Below, piece after piece: positions 52,361 to 63,665 of a stretch of DNA of 64,000 nucleotides. This DNA comes from an uncultured Chloroflexia bacterium (GTDB lineage Bacteria > Chloroflexota > Limnocylindria > Limnocylindrales > CSP1-4): positions 160,001 to 224,000 of the forward strand of contig CAVXPZ010000001.1 of assembly GCA_963763775.1 (NCBI GenBank), given 5' to 3'. The notes under the pieces are model-generated. The model was not told the DNA's origin. It worked only from the letters and a program-made list of their open reading frames with translations, and searched no databases. A program made the position numbers and the translations under genes. The stretch's first letter is position 1. Each line of letters begins with the position of its first letter.

Positions 52361-53700
52361 ATCTCGCGCCACCCATCCGCCGCCTTGGTCGGTTCGCGCC
52401 GGGCCTGCCGCAGACGGCTCCCGGCCGGACGGGGGAGCGGACCGCATCGCGGACCCCGGCCCGCGCCAGGACGGGGTCGGTCGTCCAGCGCGAACGCCAC
52501 CAGGCGGACTACGTGATCCTCGTCGTGGTCGTGGCCCTCTCCGCGATCGGCATCCTGATGGTCTACTCGTCGTCGGCGATCCGCGGCTACCTCTCGTCGG
52601 ACGCCGACACGTTCGCGACGGTCGGTCCGCAGATCCAGTGGGCGATCCTCGGCATCGTGGCGATGGCGGCGATGATGCGGGTCGACTACCGCTACCTGCG
52701 CGTGATCTCCGTCCCGTTCTTCGGGGCCGCCCTCGTGCTGCTGTTCGTCGTCCTGCTGCCGCCGATGGGACCGCTCCACCCGATCTCGGTCGGCGGGTCG
52801 GCGCGCTGGCTCCAACTGGGACCGCTGCCCGCGGTCCATCCCGCCGAGGTCGCGAAACTCGCCCTCGTCGTGTACCTCGCCCATTGGTTCGCCAAGCGCG
52901 GGACCCGGGTCGGCAACCTGTGGGGTGGCACGTTCGCCTTCCTGATCATCATCGCCCCGGTCGTCTTCCTCGTCTTCGAGGAGCCCGACCTCGGCACCAC
53001 GATGGTCATCACCCTCACGGCCTTCACGATGTTCTTCGTCGCGGGCGCGAACGTGATCCACGTCGGCGTCCTCGCGGGCGCCGGGTTCGTCGCGATGATC
53101 CTCGCGGGGCTGCAGGGCTACCAGATGGCCCGCATCCGGGCCTGGCTGGACCCGTGGTCGGACAAGCTCGGCGAGGGCTTCCACACGATCCAGGGCCTGC
53201 TCGCCCTCGGCGTGGGCGGCCTCCTCGGCAGCGGGCTCGGGCAGAGCCAGGTGTCGGTCCCCAACGCCTTCAACGACTTCGTCTTCGCCGAGGTGGGCCA
53301 GGAGTTCGGCCTCGTCGGCGGGTTCGTCGTCATCGCGCTCTTCTGTACGCTGGCGTACTCGGGCATCCGGATCGCCCTCCGCGCACCGGACACCTTCGGC
53401 GCCCTGCTGGCCGCCGGGATCACCGGCTGGCTGTGCATCCAGGCGTTCATCAACATCGGCGTCGTCGTCGCGCTCTTCCCGATCACCGGGATCACGCTCC
53501 CGTTCATCAGCGCGGGCGGCTCGTCGCTCATCATCAGCTTCGCGGCGATCGGCATCCTGTTGTCGATCTCGCGCGAGACCATCGAGAAGGGGACATGGAA
53601 CGACGATGCGATCGGTGATCGTCGGCGGGGGGACGGGCGGGCACATCTACCCGGCTCTGGCCGTGGCCACGTCACTCCGCGCCCGTCCGGACGCGCCTGA
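52357..53700 (+). CDS. ftsW: SEDS peptidoglycan glycosyltransferase
   Basis: GILMVYSSS, GSARW, EPDLGT, NDFVFA..EFG, TGITLPFISAGGSS. Confidence 0.93.
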   Translation: MNLAPPIRRLGRFAPGLPQTAPGRTGERTASRTPARARTGSVVQRERHQADYVILVVVVALSAIGILMVYSSSAIRGYLSSDADTFATVGPQIQWAILGIVAMAAMMRVDYRYLRVISVPFFGAALVLLFVVLLPPMGPLHPISVGGSARWLQLGPLPAVHPAEVAKLALVVYLAHWFAKRGTRVGNLWGGTFAFLIIIAPVVFLVFEEPDLGTTMVITLTAFTMFFVAGANVIHVGVLAGAGFVAMILAGLQGYQMARIRAWLDPWSDKLGEGFHTIQGLLALGVGGLLGSGLGQSQVSVPNAFNDFVFAEVGQEFGLVGGFVVIALFCTLAYSGIRIALRAPDTFGALLAAGITGWLCIQAFINIGVVVALFPITGITLPFISAGGSSLIISFAAIGILLSISRETIEKGTWNDDAIGDRRRGDGRAHLPGSGRGHVTPRPSGRA

Positions 53701-54766
53701 GCTCAGCTGGATCGGCGGCCACCGGGGGTTGGAGGGGACGATCGTCCCGCCGACCGGGATCCCCATGCGCCGACTCGCCCTGCGCTCGCTGCGGACGACC
53801 GAGCTCGACGCCCACGTCGTCCTCGACCCTCTCCGGCTCGGGGTGTCGGTCCCGCAAGCGGCGGCGATCCTGGCTCGCGTCCGCCCGGCGGCCATCTTCA
53901 CGACCGGCGGGTACGTCGCGGTACCCGTCCTGCTGGCGGCGGCGCCGCTCGGGATCCCGGTGGTCCTCTGGGACGGCAACGTCGTCCCCGGTCGCGCCGT
54001 GCGCGCCACGGCTCGGCTGGCCGACGTGCTCGCGGTGGCCTTCGAGGCCACGTGCGCGACCCTCGGTCGCGCCGCGCCTGGCGTTCCCTGCTACCTCACG
54101 GGGACGCCGATCCGCGAGACCCGGGACATCGACCGCGAGGCGGCTCGCGCCAGCCTGGCGATCCCGGCCGCCGAGCGCGTCCTGCTCATCTTCGGCGGCT
54201 CCCAGGCGGTCCGGCGCTTCAACACGGCCGTCTCCGGGGCCATCGGCCGGCTGGTCGAGCGCGGCACCGTCATCCATGTGACGGGCGACGACGCGTACGC
54301 CGCCGCCCTGACCGACCGTGAGGCGCTGCCGGCATCCGTGCGGGCGCGATACCGCCCGTACCCGTTCCTGCGCGACGAGATGCTCGCCGCCCTCGCGTCG
54401 GCGGACCTCGTGGTCGGACGGGCGGGCTCGTCGACGCTCGCGGAGGTCACCGCGCTCGGGATCCCGATGGTGGTCGTCCCGTACCCGCACGCCGCCGGCC
54501 ACCAGCGAGCCAACGCGAAGGCGCTCGCCGACGCCGGCGCGGCGCGGCTCATCGAAGACGACGCGTTCGACGCCGACGCCCTGCTCGGCGCGGCCGCCAT
54601 CCTCGACGACCCGACCGCGCACGTCACGATGGCCGCGGCCGCGCGCGCGCTCGGCCGGCCGGGGGCGGCCGACGCGGTCGCGGACCTCGTGATGGCCGCG
54701 GCCCTCCGGCGACCCCTGCCGGATGCGGCGAGCATCGACCGTCGATCCCGCGGGGCGGCGGCATGA
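53606..54766 (+). CDS. murG: lipid II GlcNAc transferase
   Basis: GGGTGGHIYPALA, TGGYV, FGGSQ, RAGSST..E, HQ..NA. Confidence 0.95.
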   Translation: MRSVIVGGGTGGHIYPALAVATSLRARPDAPELSWIGGHRGLEGTIVPPTGIPMRRLALRSLRTTELDAHVVLDPLRLGVSVPQAAAILARVRPAAIFTTGGYVAVPVLLAAAPLGIPVVLWDGNVVPGRAVRATARLADVLAVAFEATCATLGRAAPGVPCYLTGTPIRETRDIDREAARASLAIPAAERVLLIFGGSQAVRRFNTAVSGAIGRLVERGTVIHVTGDDAYAAALTDREALPASVRARYRPYPFLRDEMLAALASADLVVGRAGSSTLAEVTALGIPMVVVPYPHAAGHQRANAKALADAGAARLIEDDAFDADALLGAAAILDDPTAHVTMAAAARALGRPGAADAVADLVMAAALRRPLPDAASIDRRSRGAAA

Positions 54767-55717
54767 CGGTGGCGTTCGACGCGGTCGCCCTCGGCACCGA
54801 CATCCAGCGGCGGATCGGCGTCAAGACGTCGCGCGACGAGCCGCTCGGGCGGTTCACGACGATGCGCGTCGGCGGGCCGGCCGACCTGTTCGCCGTCGCG
54901 CACAACGCCTTCGAGTTGCGCGCGCTCGTCCGGTTCGCCCGGACCCGGGCCGTGCGCGCATCTCGTGCTCGGGCGGGGGAGCGATGTCGTGATCAGCGAC
55001 GCCGGGGTCCGCGGGCTGGTCATCCAGAACCGCTCGGAGGGCTCGCGCGTCGAGGGCGAGCGCTACACGGCGGAGTCCGGCGTGCCGATGGCCCGAGCCG
55101 CCACGGAGACCCAGCGGGCCGGCCTGACCGGTCTGGAGTTCGGGCTGGCCATCCCGGGGACCGTGGGCGGGGCCGTGTGGGCCAACGCCGGGGCGCACGA
55201 CGCCGACATCGCGGGGATCCTCGAGTCGGCCAGGGTCCTCGATCCGGCCGGCGACGAGGCGGTCGTGCCGGCCGACGGCCTCGGCCTCGCGTACCGCGAC
55301 AGCCGACTCAAGCATCCGGTGCGCACCGACGCGCCGGAGCTCGTGATCGAGGCGACGTTCCGGCTGGCGCCCGCCGACGCGGAGGCGATCAAGGTGCGCC
55401 TCGACGAGATCCGCCACTGGCGCCAGGCCCACCAGCCGCTCGGTCTGCCCTCCGCCGGCAGCGTCTTCCGCAACCCGGCCGGCGAGTCGGCCGGACGACT
55501 CATCGACGAGGCCGGGCTGAAGGGGATGCGGATCGGCGGCGCCGTGGTCTCCGAGAAGCACGCGAACTTCGTGGTGAACGACCGGAAGGGGACGGCGGCG
55601 GATGTCCGCCGGTTGATGGACCATGTCCGTGCCGAGATCGCCGCGCGCACGGGCATCCTGCTCGAGTACGAGGTCGAGTTCCTCGGCGACTGGTCCGGAT
55701 GGGAGGCGAGCGCATGA
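54763..55717 (+). CDS. murB: UDP-N-acetylmuramate dehydrogenase, frameshifted near 54955
   Basis: TTMRVGGPAD; LGRGSD, IPGTVGGAV..NAGA, SAGSVFRNP, SEKHANF. Confidence 0.92.
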
Positions 55718-56836
55718 GCCCGAGCGGCCGTCGCGTCGTCGTCGTCTACGGCGGTCCCTCGGCGGAGCACGACGTCTCGATCGTGTCCGGGACCGCGATC
55801 GCCGAGGCCCTGGCCGGCGCCGGCTTCCCGGTCGACCAACGGCTCATCGACCTGGCTGGCTCGTGGTGGACGATGCCCGACCGGGCATCGACGGGAGGGT
55901 CGCCCGCAGGCCGACTACGACGATCCCCGCGCGCTTGGCGCCACCGGCCCGGCGACCGTCGGGGCCGCCATCGAGGCGATCGCCGGGGCTGACGACCGCC
56001 CGGTCGTGTTCATCGCGCTCCACGGGCCGTTCGGCGAGGACGGCACGATCCAGGCGATGCTCGAGGCCGTCGGCCTCGCGTACACCGGATCCGGCGTCGC
56101 GGCGTCGGCCATCGGGATGGACAAGGCGATCTTCAAGCGACTGTGCCGGGGGATCGGCCTGCCCGTCGTCGACTGGCGCGAGGTGCGCGCCGAGCGTTGG
56201 ACCATGGATCCGAACGCGGTCCGAGCGGAGCTCGAGGCGTTCGCCGGCGGCGCGACCGACCACCGACTGATGGTCAAGCCGGCCCGACTGGGCAGCTCGT
56301 TGGGGATGACCCTCGTCCACGAGCCTGGGGAGCTGCCGGCGGCCCTCGACCTGGCGCTGGGCTACGACACCCTGGCGCTCGTCGAGACCTACATCCCGGG
56401 AGCCCGCGACCTGGAGGTCGCCGTCATCGGGAACGACCCGTCGGCGCTCGAGCTCTACGGACCCGGCGAGATCGTCGCCGGCCACGAGTTCTACGACTAC
56501 GCGGCGAAGTACACGCCGGGCCTGTCCGAGACGACGACGACCGCCGAAGTCAGCACGGCCCAGCGCGCGTCGCTCCTCAAGATCGCGCGCGACTGCTATC
56601 GGGCGATCGGCGCCGAGGGCTTCGCGCGGGTGGACTTCCTGCTGGCCGGCGAGGCGATCTACCTGTCCGAGATCAACACGATCCCGGGGTTCACGCCGAT
56701 CAGCCTGTTCCCGACCCTGCCCGCGGCGGCTGGGTACTCGTTCGTCGACGTGTGCGTCCGCGTCGTCGAGCTGGCGGCGGCGCGCCACGCCGCGCGGGTC
56801 ACGCGCACCCTCGGTCCGGCGGACCTGGCCCGGTGA
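55714..56836 (+). CDS. ddl: D-alanine--D-alanine ligase, frameshifted near 55880-55920
   Basis: YGGPSAEHDVS; LHGPFGEDG, MDK, GSSLG, FYDY..KY, EINTIPGFT. Confidence 0.92.
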
Positions 56837-57705
56837 GGGGCCGATCCGCCGCGCGCCGCCCGATGCCGACGGGTCCGGGGCGGCGGACCCGGCCGGTCCG
56901 GCGTGCGTCGGGCCGCATCACGCCGCTGCGCGTCGCTTCGGCCTTCGTCCTGGTCCTCGCGATCGTCGCGATCTACGGCGCGGTCACGACGTCGGCCTTC
57001 GCCTACACCCGGCTCCGCGTCGACGGGGCGAGCTACACCAAGAGCGCCGACGTGGCCGCGGCGCTCGACACCGTGCGCGGCCGCAACCTGTTCTCGATCG
57101 AGACGATGCCACTGCGTGACGACCTCGAGGCGCTGGCCACGGTCGCGCGCGCCAGAGTCGATGTCGAACTGCCCGACACGCTCGCGGTGACGCTCGAGGA
57201 GCGCGAGCCGATCCTCGTGTGGAAGGCCGGCGACCGCCGGTTCCTGGTGGCGTCCGACGGCACGCTCTTCGCCGAGCTGCCGAGCGACCCACCGGCCGAT
57301 GCCGCCGCCCTGCCGGTCGTCGACGACCGCCGCGCGAACTCGAGCCTGCTCGACGTCGGGTTCACCCTCGACCCGGTCGACCTCGACGCCGCCACGCGAC
57401 TCGGGTCGCTCGTGCCGGCGGACGTCGGCAGCGAGGCCGAGCACCTCGCGGTCTCGCTCACCGATGAGAACGGCTACGTCGTCAAACCGACCAACGGCTC
57501 GTGGTCGGCCGTCTTCGGCTTCTACACCCCGAGCCTGCGCACGCCCGAGCTGGTCCCGGGCCAGGTCCGCCTCCTGCGCAGCCTGCTCATCGGGCGCGAG
57601 CCCCTGCTGGACCGCGTGATCCTCGCGAACGAGACCGACGGGACGTACACCGTGAAGCCGACGCCGAAGCCGTCCGCCACGCCGCGCCCGAGCGTGGCGC
57701 CGTGA
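56833..57705 (+). CDS. ftsQ: cell division protein FtsQ/DivIB
   Basis: TM plus POTRA-like region (LPDTL.V...ER.P); position between ddl and ftsA. Confidence 0.8.
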   Translation: MRGRSAARRPMPTGPGRRTRPVRRASGRITPLRVASAFVLVLAIVAIYGAVTTSAFAYTRLRVDGASYTKSADVAAALDTVRGRNLFSIETMPLRDDLEALATVARARVDVELPDTLAVTLEEREPILVWKAGDRRFLVASDGTLFAELPSDPPADAAALPVVDDRRANSSLLDVGFTLDPVDLDAATRLGSLVPADVGSEAEHLAVSLTDENGYVVKPTNGSWSAVFGFYTPSLRTPELVPGQVRLLRSLLIGREPLLDRVILANETDGTYTVKPTPKPSATPRPSVAP

Positions 57706-57787
57706 CCTACCGCGCGCCGCCGGTTGCCGCGCCATCGCACGGTCGGGTAGCCTTGCCCAAACCTACTGGAACGAGGTCGACGTCGGC

Positions 57788-58111
57788 GTGCTGCTTCCCC
57801 TGCTCGGGCTCCTCGTGGGCGTCCTGGCGGGCCTCGTCCTCAACGTCAACGTCAGCTACGAGCTCAGCCGGTACTCCGCGGTCGCGATCCTCGCCGCCCT
57901 CGACTCGGTCCTCGGCGCGGTCCGTGCAGAGCTGGACGGGGTCTACGACAATCGGATCTTCATCAGCGGGTTCCTGGTCAACGCGATCGCGGCCGTGCTC
58001 CTGACCTTCATCGGCGACCGACTCGGCCTCGACCTGTACCTGGTGGCCCTCATCACCTTCGGCCTGCGCATCTTCAACAACCTGGCGCTGATCCGGCGCC
58101 ACTTCCTCTAG
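57788..58111 (+). CDS. small basic family protein (Sbp/DUF1290)
   Basis: Y.AVAILAALDS..G..RA, F..N...A.LL..GD.LG.DLY, FG.RIF.NLA.IRR. Confidence 0.85.
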   Translation: MLLPLLGLLVGVLAGLVLNVNVSYELSRYSAVAILAALDSVLGAVRAELDGVYDNRIFISGFLVNAIAAVLLTFIGDRLGLDLYLVALITFGLRIFNNLALIRRHFL

Positions 58112-58141
58112 AGACCGAACCGGACGGGAGAGACGGACAAG

Positions 58142-59384
58142 ATGGTGGAACGCGAAGCGGTCCTCGTCGGCATCGACGTCGGCACGAGCAAGGTCTGCGC
58201 GCTCATCGGCGAGGTGAGCCGCGACGGCCGGCTGACGATCATGGGCCACGGGACGGTCCCCGCGTCCGGTCTCAAGAAGGGCGTCGTCATCAACATCGAC
58301 CAGACGATCCGCTCGATCGCCGATGCCGTGGAGCGCGCCGAGCGCCTGTCCGGCTGGAAGATCGACCGGGCGTTCGTGGGCGTCGGCGGCCAGCACGTCG
58401 AGAGCCTCAACTCGCCCGGGCAGGTCGCGGTCACCGCCCACCATCGCGAGGTCACCCGCGAGGACGTCAACCGCGCGATCGAGGTGGCCCGCGCCGTCTC
58501 GATCCCGTCGAACCGCGAGGTGCTCCACGTCGAGCGCCGCGGGTTCACCGTCGACGGACAGGAGGGTGTCAAGGACCCGCTCGGGATGAGCGCCCTGCGC
58601 CTCGAGGTCGAGACCCACATCGTCACGGCGTCCGCGACCGCGGTCCAGAACCTGACCAAGTGCGTGACCGCGGCCGGTGTGAAGATCGACGAGCTCGTCG
58701 CCGACTCCCTGGCCTCGGCCGAGGCCGTGCTGTCCGAGACCGAGAAGGAGCTCGGGCGTCGCCGTGGCCGACATCGGCGCCGGGACCATCGACCTCGCGC
58801 TGTTCCAGGACGGCTCGCCGTTCCACACGCGCGTCCTGCCGGTCGGTGGCAACAACGTCACCAACGACGTCGCCATCGGGCTCAAGACGAGCCTGCAGGT
58901 CGCCGAGGAACTCAAGATCCGGCACGGCACCGCCGACCTGCGCGCGGTCGAGGAAGAGGACGACGAGGAGATCAGCGTGTCGGTCCTCGGCGAGGACGCG
59001 GGGCGCACCGTGAGCCGGCTCGAGGTCTGCCAGATCATCGAGGCCCGCATGCGCGAGACGTTCGAGCTGCTCGGCAACGAGATCCGCGCGGCGGGCGTCG
59101 GCATGCTCCCGGCCGGGATCATCCTGACCGGCGGCGCCGCCCAGCTCGCGGGCGTCGCCGAGCTCGGACGGAGCGTCCTCCAGATGCCGGTCCGGGTCGC
59201 CGCGCCGTCGGGCATCGGCGGCCTCGTCGACACGCTACTCGAGCCGTCCTACAGCACCTCGGTCGGCCTGCTGCTCTGGGGCGCCAAGGTGCTCTCGGGC
59301 GACGAGCCGATGCGCTACGAGTCGGCGCCCGGCAACGGCGGGATCGGGCGACTCCGCGACGCCCTGCGGAGCATCTTCCCGTAA
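58142..59384 (+). CDS. ftsA: cell division protein FtsA, frameshifted near 58755
   Basis: GIDVGTSKV, G.KKGV; DIGAGT, GG..VTND, AEELK..HG, IILTGG. Confidence 0.93.
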
Positions 59385-59788
59385 GGACCCGCGAGCTCAC
59401 GGTCCGCACCGGGTCGGCACCGGCCCTGGCCGACATCACCGACGCCTGCGCCGCGTTCGTCGCCGATGCCGGCGACGGGCTCCTGTCGGTCTTCGTGCCC
59501 CATGCGACGGCCGGCGTGGTCGTCGTCGAGGTCGGCGCCGGCTCCGACCAGGACCTGCTCGCCGCGCTCGAACGGCTGCTGCCCCGGGAGGAGCGCCTCT
59601 ACCGGCACCGGCACGGGTCCCCCGGACATGGGGCGGACCATGTCCTGCCGTTGCTGGCGGCGCCGTCGCTGACGGTGCCGGTCGTCGGCGGACGGATCGC
59701 CCTCGGGACGTGGCAGTCGATCTGCCTCCTCGACCCCAACGGCGACAACGCGGTCCGGACGGTCCGCCTGAGCTTCCTCGCCGGCTGA
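59381..59788 (+). CDS. YjbQ/UPF0047 family protein, start unclear
   Basis: ADIT, VFVPHATAG, Y.H.HG..GHGADH, LGTWQSI. Confidence 0.8.
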   Translation, partial: VRTRELTVRTGSAPALADITDACAAFVADAGDGLLSVFVPHATAGVVVVEVGAGSDQDLLAALERLLPREERLYRHRHGSPGHGADHVLPLLAAPSLTVPVVGGRIALGTWQSICLLDPNGDNAVRTVRLSFLAG

Positions 59789-60007
59789 CCGGGACGGGTC
59801 GGCGCCGGCGCGGGTCGGCCGTCGGTGCGCCCTCGCACCGGAGGCTGGCGGTCACCCGCCCGCCGGGCTCGGGAGGCTTGTCGCGTTCGCGGGGTCGGGC
59901 GGTATACTCCGTCCCTACACGAGCGCCCCGGACCGCCCGCTGTCCCCTCGCGGATCCGGCCGAACACCGAGAATCACGCCCCGCGTGGGTCGTTGAAGGA
60001 GAGCCCG

Positions 60008-61240
60008 ATGTCGCTGCGGTCCGACTCCGAGAACTTCGCGCTGATCCGCGTCATCGGGGTCGGTGGTGGTGGCAGTAACGCCGTCAATCGGATGATCCGG
60101 GCCGAGATGATGGGCGTGGAGTTCATCGCCTGCAACACGGACTCGCAGGCGCTCCTGCAGTCGGACGCGCCGCACAAGATCCGCATCGGCGACAAGGTCA
60201 CGCGCGGGCTCGGTGCCGGCGGCGACTCGACGGTCGGGCAGCGGTCGGCCGAGGAGGACTCCGAGAAGATCGCGGAGGCGCTCGCCGACTCGGACATGGT
60301 GTTCATCACGGCCGGCCTGGGCGGCGGCACCGGCTCAGGCGCCGCACCGGTGGTCGCGCAGATCGCGAAGGAGAGCGGGGCCCTCACCATCGGCGTCGTG
60401 ACCAAGCCGTTCGCGTTCGAGGGCAACAAGCGCAAGCTCGTCGCCGAGAAGGCGGCCGAGGAGCTCAAGGGCCAGGTCGACGCGCTCATCACGATCCCCA
60501 ACGACCGGCTCAAGGACGTCGTCCAGAAGAACACGAGCATCCTCGACGCGTTCCGTGTCGTCGACGACGTGCTTCGCCAGGGCGTGCAGGGCATCAGCGA
60601 CATCATCACCGTGCCCGGCCTGATCAACTCCGACTTCGCCGACGTGCGCGCGATCATGAAGGACGCCGGTTCCGCCCTCATGGGCATCGGCCGCGCGTCC
60701 GGCGAGAACCGGGCGGTCGACGCCGCGCGGATGGCCATCGCCAGCCCGCTGCTCGAGCTCGACATCAACGGCGCCCAGGGCATCCTCTGGAACATCACGG
60801 GCTCCTCGAACCTGTCGCTGTTCGAGGTGCAGGAGGCGGCCGAGGCCATCAAGGAGGCCGCGGACCCCGAGGCCAACATCATCTTCGGGACCAGCTTCAA
60901 TGAGCGGCTCGGCGACGAGGTCATGGTCACGGTCATCGCGACCGGCTTCGATGGCGGCCGGAAGCACCAGCGTGCGGGCCGCGAGGCCACCGGCGTCATG
61001 GATACGGCGGCCACGGGCCGACAGCCGCGAGAGCGCGACTTCCTCGAGGAGCTGCAGCGCCAGCGCGACGAGGCGATCGACCTCGGCGGTGACGGTTCGC
61101 ATCGCGAGGACCAGGCGGCGGCCGTCGCCGTCGGGGTGCCGCGGGTCGAGCGGAGCGTCGGCGAGCCGGCCCCGCCGAAGCGCGCGACCACCTACGACGC
61201 GGACGACCTGGAGATCCCGAGCTTCCTGCGCCGCAAGTAG
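60008..61240 (+). CDS. ftsZ: cell division protein FtsZ
   Basis: [27 protein letters not shown]-terminal DLEIPSFLR. Confidence 0.98.
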   Translation: MSLRSDSENFALIRVIGVGGGGSNAVNRMIRAEMMGVEFIACNTDSQALLQSDAPHKIRIGDKVTRGLGAGGDSTVGQRSAEEDSEKIAEALADSDMVFITAGLGGGTGSGAAPVVAQIAKESGALTIGVVTKPFAFEGNKRKLVAEKAAEELKGQVDALITIPNDRLKDVVQKNTSILDAFRVVDDVLRQGVQGISDIITVPGLINSDFADVRAIMKDAGSALMGIGRASGENRAVDAARMAIASPLLELDINGAQGILWNITGSSNLSLFEVQEAAEAIKEAADPEANIIFGTSFNERLGDEVMVTVIATGFDGGRKHQRAGREATGVMDTAATGRQPRERDFLEELQRQRDEAIDLGGDGSHREDQAAAVAVGVPRVERSVGEPAPPKRATTYDADDLEIPSFLRRK

Positions 61241-61304
61241 TCCTCCGGCGGGTGGCTCGCCGGGTCATCGCCCCCGCCGACCGAGCGCACGTGGCGGTCG
61301 CTCC

Positions 61305-62030
61305 TTGACCGAGCCGTCACCCGATCCCGTCCTGATCGACGCGTTCGCGCGGGCGTCCGCCGATGTCCGTGGGCGCATGTCCGCCGCGTGCGAGCGGGCC
61401 GGCCGCGACCCGTCGTCGGTCTCGCTCGTCGCCGTCTCGAAGACCGTGGACGCCGAGCGGTTGCGGGCCGCCGTGGCGGCCGGGCTCACGGTCCTCGGCG
61501 AGAACCGCGTCCAGGAGGGCGCCGCCAAGGCCCCCGACGTCCCGGGCGCCAGCTGGCGGCTCGTCGGGCCGCTCCAGTCGAACAAGGCGCGTCGGGCGCT
61601 CGAGGTCTTCGACAGATCCAGTCGATCGACTCGGTCGAGCTCGCGAGCCGTCTCGACCGCCTCTGGGCCGAGCTCGCGCCCGGGCGCCGATACCCGGTCC
61701 TCCTCCAGGTCAACGTCGACCTCGACCCCGCGAAGCACGGCATCCAGCCGGACGCGATCGCCGACCTGCTCCCGGAGTTCCTCGGGCTCACCGAACCTCG
61801 AGATCGGTGGCCTGATGACGGTGGGGCGGTACACGACCGACCCGGAGGTCGCGCGATCGACCTTCCGCGAGCTGCGGAGCCTGTCGCTGCGACTCCGCGA
61901 CCGGTGGCCCGCCCTCGGACCGGCGCTCTCGATGGGCATGTCCGACGACTACGAGCTGGCGATCGAGGAGGGGTCGACGATCGTGCGGGTCGGCCGGGCC
62001 ATCTTCGGTGACCGGCCGGCTCCCGGCTGA
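61305..62030 (+). CDS. yggS: YggS family PLP-binding protein, frameshifted
   Basis: LVAVSKT, GENRVQE, GPLQSNK, LLQVN..KHG, GLMT, LSMGMSDDY..AIEEGST.VRVG. Confidence 0.92.
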   Translation: MTEPSPDPVLIDAFARASADVRGRMSAACERAGRDPSSVSLVAVSKTVDAERLRAAVAAGLTVLGENRVQEGAAKAPDVPGASWRLVGPLQSNKARRALEVFDRSSRSTRSSSRAVSTASGPSSRPGADTRSSSRSTSTSTPRSTASSRTRSPTCSRSSSGSPNLEIGGLMTVGRYTTDPEVARSTFRELRSLSLRLRDRWPALGPALSMGMSDDYELAIEEGSTIVRVGRAIFGDRPAPG

Positions 62031-62090
62031 TAGACTCGCAGGACCCCCAGCGCTCGCCCGTCGAACCGGGTCGTCCATGTCGATGGAGTC

Positions 62091-62372
62091 TTGAGTCAGC
62101 CTGACGTCCGATTCGCCGTTCGATTGACCCCGCGTGCCGCGACCGACCGCGTCGACGGCGTACTCGATGGCGTGCTCAAGGCACGGGTGACCGCGCCGGC
62201 GGTCGAGGGCGCGGCCAACAACGCCCTGGTCCGCCTGCTGGCGGACGTGCTCGACGTGCCGCGCAGCGACGTCCGGATCGTCGCCGGGGGCAATTCCCGC
62301 CAGAAGCTCATCGTCGTGGAGGGTGTCGAACCCGAGGCGATCGTTGCCCGTTGGCCCGGGCTGCGGGTATGA
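62091..62372 (+). CDS. DUF167 (YggU) family protein
   Basis: VRLTPRA, VTAPAVEGAAN..L, G..SR.K. Confidence 0.9.
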   Translation: MSQPDVRFAVRLTPRAATDRVDGVLDGVLKARVTAPAVEGAANNALVRLLADVLDVPRSDVRIVAGGNSRQKLIVVEGVEPEAIVARWPGLRV

Positions 62373-62416
62373 TCGGCCGGTCTCGTCGGGTGCCCTGAGC
62401 GGCGCCGCGACCTCTC

Positions 62417-62493
<77 letters not shown>

Positions 62494-62522
62494 CCCCTCC
62501 AGCCCCTGTGGCGGTCCCGGTG

Positions 62523-63488
62523 TCAGGCTGGGCGGACGAGGCAGCGAAAGCCCATGTGGGCCATGGACGTCTCGACCGATTGGGGTTGCCTGGCCGCGGG
62601 GCGGTACCGCAGGCAGTAGTTCGGGGCGCACAGGTGCGACCCGCCCTTGACGACCATCCGCGGGAACTGCGCCCCGGGCTGGCCGACGTTGTACGAGCCC
62701 TCGGGTGTCGTGACCGCCGGGTTCACCCGCGGCCCAGACGGCCCGCAGCACGCGTGGACCGGGACGTCGGGGTGCGACGGCCGGTAGAAGTCGGTCGTCC
62801 ACTCCCACACGTTGCCGGCCATGTCGAACAGGCCGTAGCCGTTGGGTGGGAACGCCTTCACCGGCGACGTGCCGGCGTAGCGGTCCGTGCGCAGGTTCTG
62901 CCACGGGAACTCGCCCTGCCAGGTGTTGGCCATCATCCGGCCCTTGGGCGCGAACTCGTCGCCCCACGTGTAGACGGCGCCATCGAGGCCGCCGCGTGCC
63001 GCGTACTCCCACTCGGCCTCGGTCGGGAGCGCCTTGCCGGCCCAGGCGGCGTACGCGGTCGCGTCCTCGAAGCTGACATGCGTGACCGGATGTCGATCGC
63101 GCCCGGCGAGGTCGCTGCCGGGCCCCTCCGGGTGCCGCCATTGGGCGCCGGGTACCCAGTGCCACCAGTTCCGGTAGTCGTCGAGGTTCACCGGCCCCGG
63201 CGTGGCCCGGAAGACGAGCGACCCCGGGACCAGGAGGTCCGGATCCGCGTCGGGGTAATCCGCGGCATCCAGCGGCCGTTCGGCTACGGTCACGTAGCCG
63301 GTGCCCTTCACGAACCGCCGGAACGCCGCGACGGTGACCGCATGGTCGTCCATCCAGAAGCCGTCGACGGCCACCTCGTGGACGGGACGTTCCTCGGGGT
63401 AGTGGTCGTCGGATCCCATCCGGAAGACCCCTGCCCGGATCCACGCCATGTCGGCTGCCGGTGGCGTCGCGCCGGGTTCGCTCGTCAC
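62523..63488 (-). CDS. formylglycine-generating enzyme family protein (SUMF1)
   Basis: FRMGSD, HPV.HV, LPTEAEWEYAARGG, NGYGLFDMAGNVWEW, KGGSHLCAPNYC.RYR; start uncertain. Confidence 0.93.
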   Translation of the reverse strand: MTSEPGATPPAADMAWIRAGVFRMGSDDHYPEERPVHEVAVDGFWMDDHAVTVAAFRRFVKGTGYVTVAERPLDAADYPDADPDLLVPGSLVFRATPGPVNLDDYRNWWHWVPGAQWRHPEGPGSDLAGRDRHPVTHVSFEDATAYAAWAGKALPTEAEWEYAARGGLDGAVYTWGDEFAPKGRMMANTWQGEFPWQNLRTDRYAGTSPVKAFPPNGYGLFDMAGNVWEWTTDFYRPSHPDVPVHACCGPSGPRVNPAVTTPEGSYNVGQPGAQFPRMVVKGGSHLCAPNYCLRYRPAARQPQSVETSMAHMGFRCLVRPA

Positions 63489-63629
63489 GTCTCGAGCCGA
63501 GCGCCATGAGCGCGGTCGACGCCGCGAGACCGGGGCCTTGCCGACCGTCGATGACGCCCGCACCGGGCCGCGTCACGCGAGGGGGATCTCCCGCGTCAAC
63601 ACCGATGAACGCGGTCCTCCTCCCGCGTA

Positions 63630-63665
63630 GCGAAGCCCTCGGACGTCCTCCGCCGAGGGCTTCGC
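63630..63665. terminator. 13-bp perfect hairpin downstream of acnA
   Basis: gcgaagccctcgg-N10-ccgagggcttcgc. Confidence 0.5.

Noticed and set aside
53606-53700. 95-nt ftsW/murG overlap as a special feature
   Set aside because: A low-information read-through tail, expected in GC-rich dcw operons.
58142-59788. FtsA-YjbQ fusion
   Set aside because: The FtsA C-terminal half is complete in another frame ending at 59384; the fusion follows from the slip near 58755.
60620-60642. FtsZ T7 loop reads INSDFAD instead of INLDFAD
   Set aside because: aactccgac versus aacctcgac is a two-base swap in an error-prone assembly; the catalytic N and D residues are retained.
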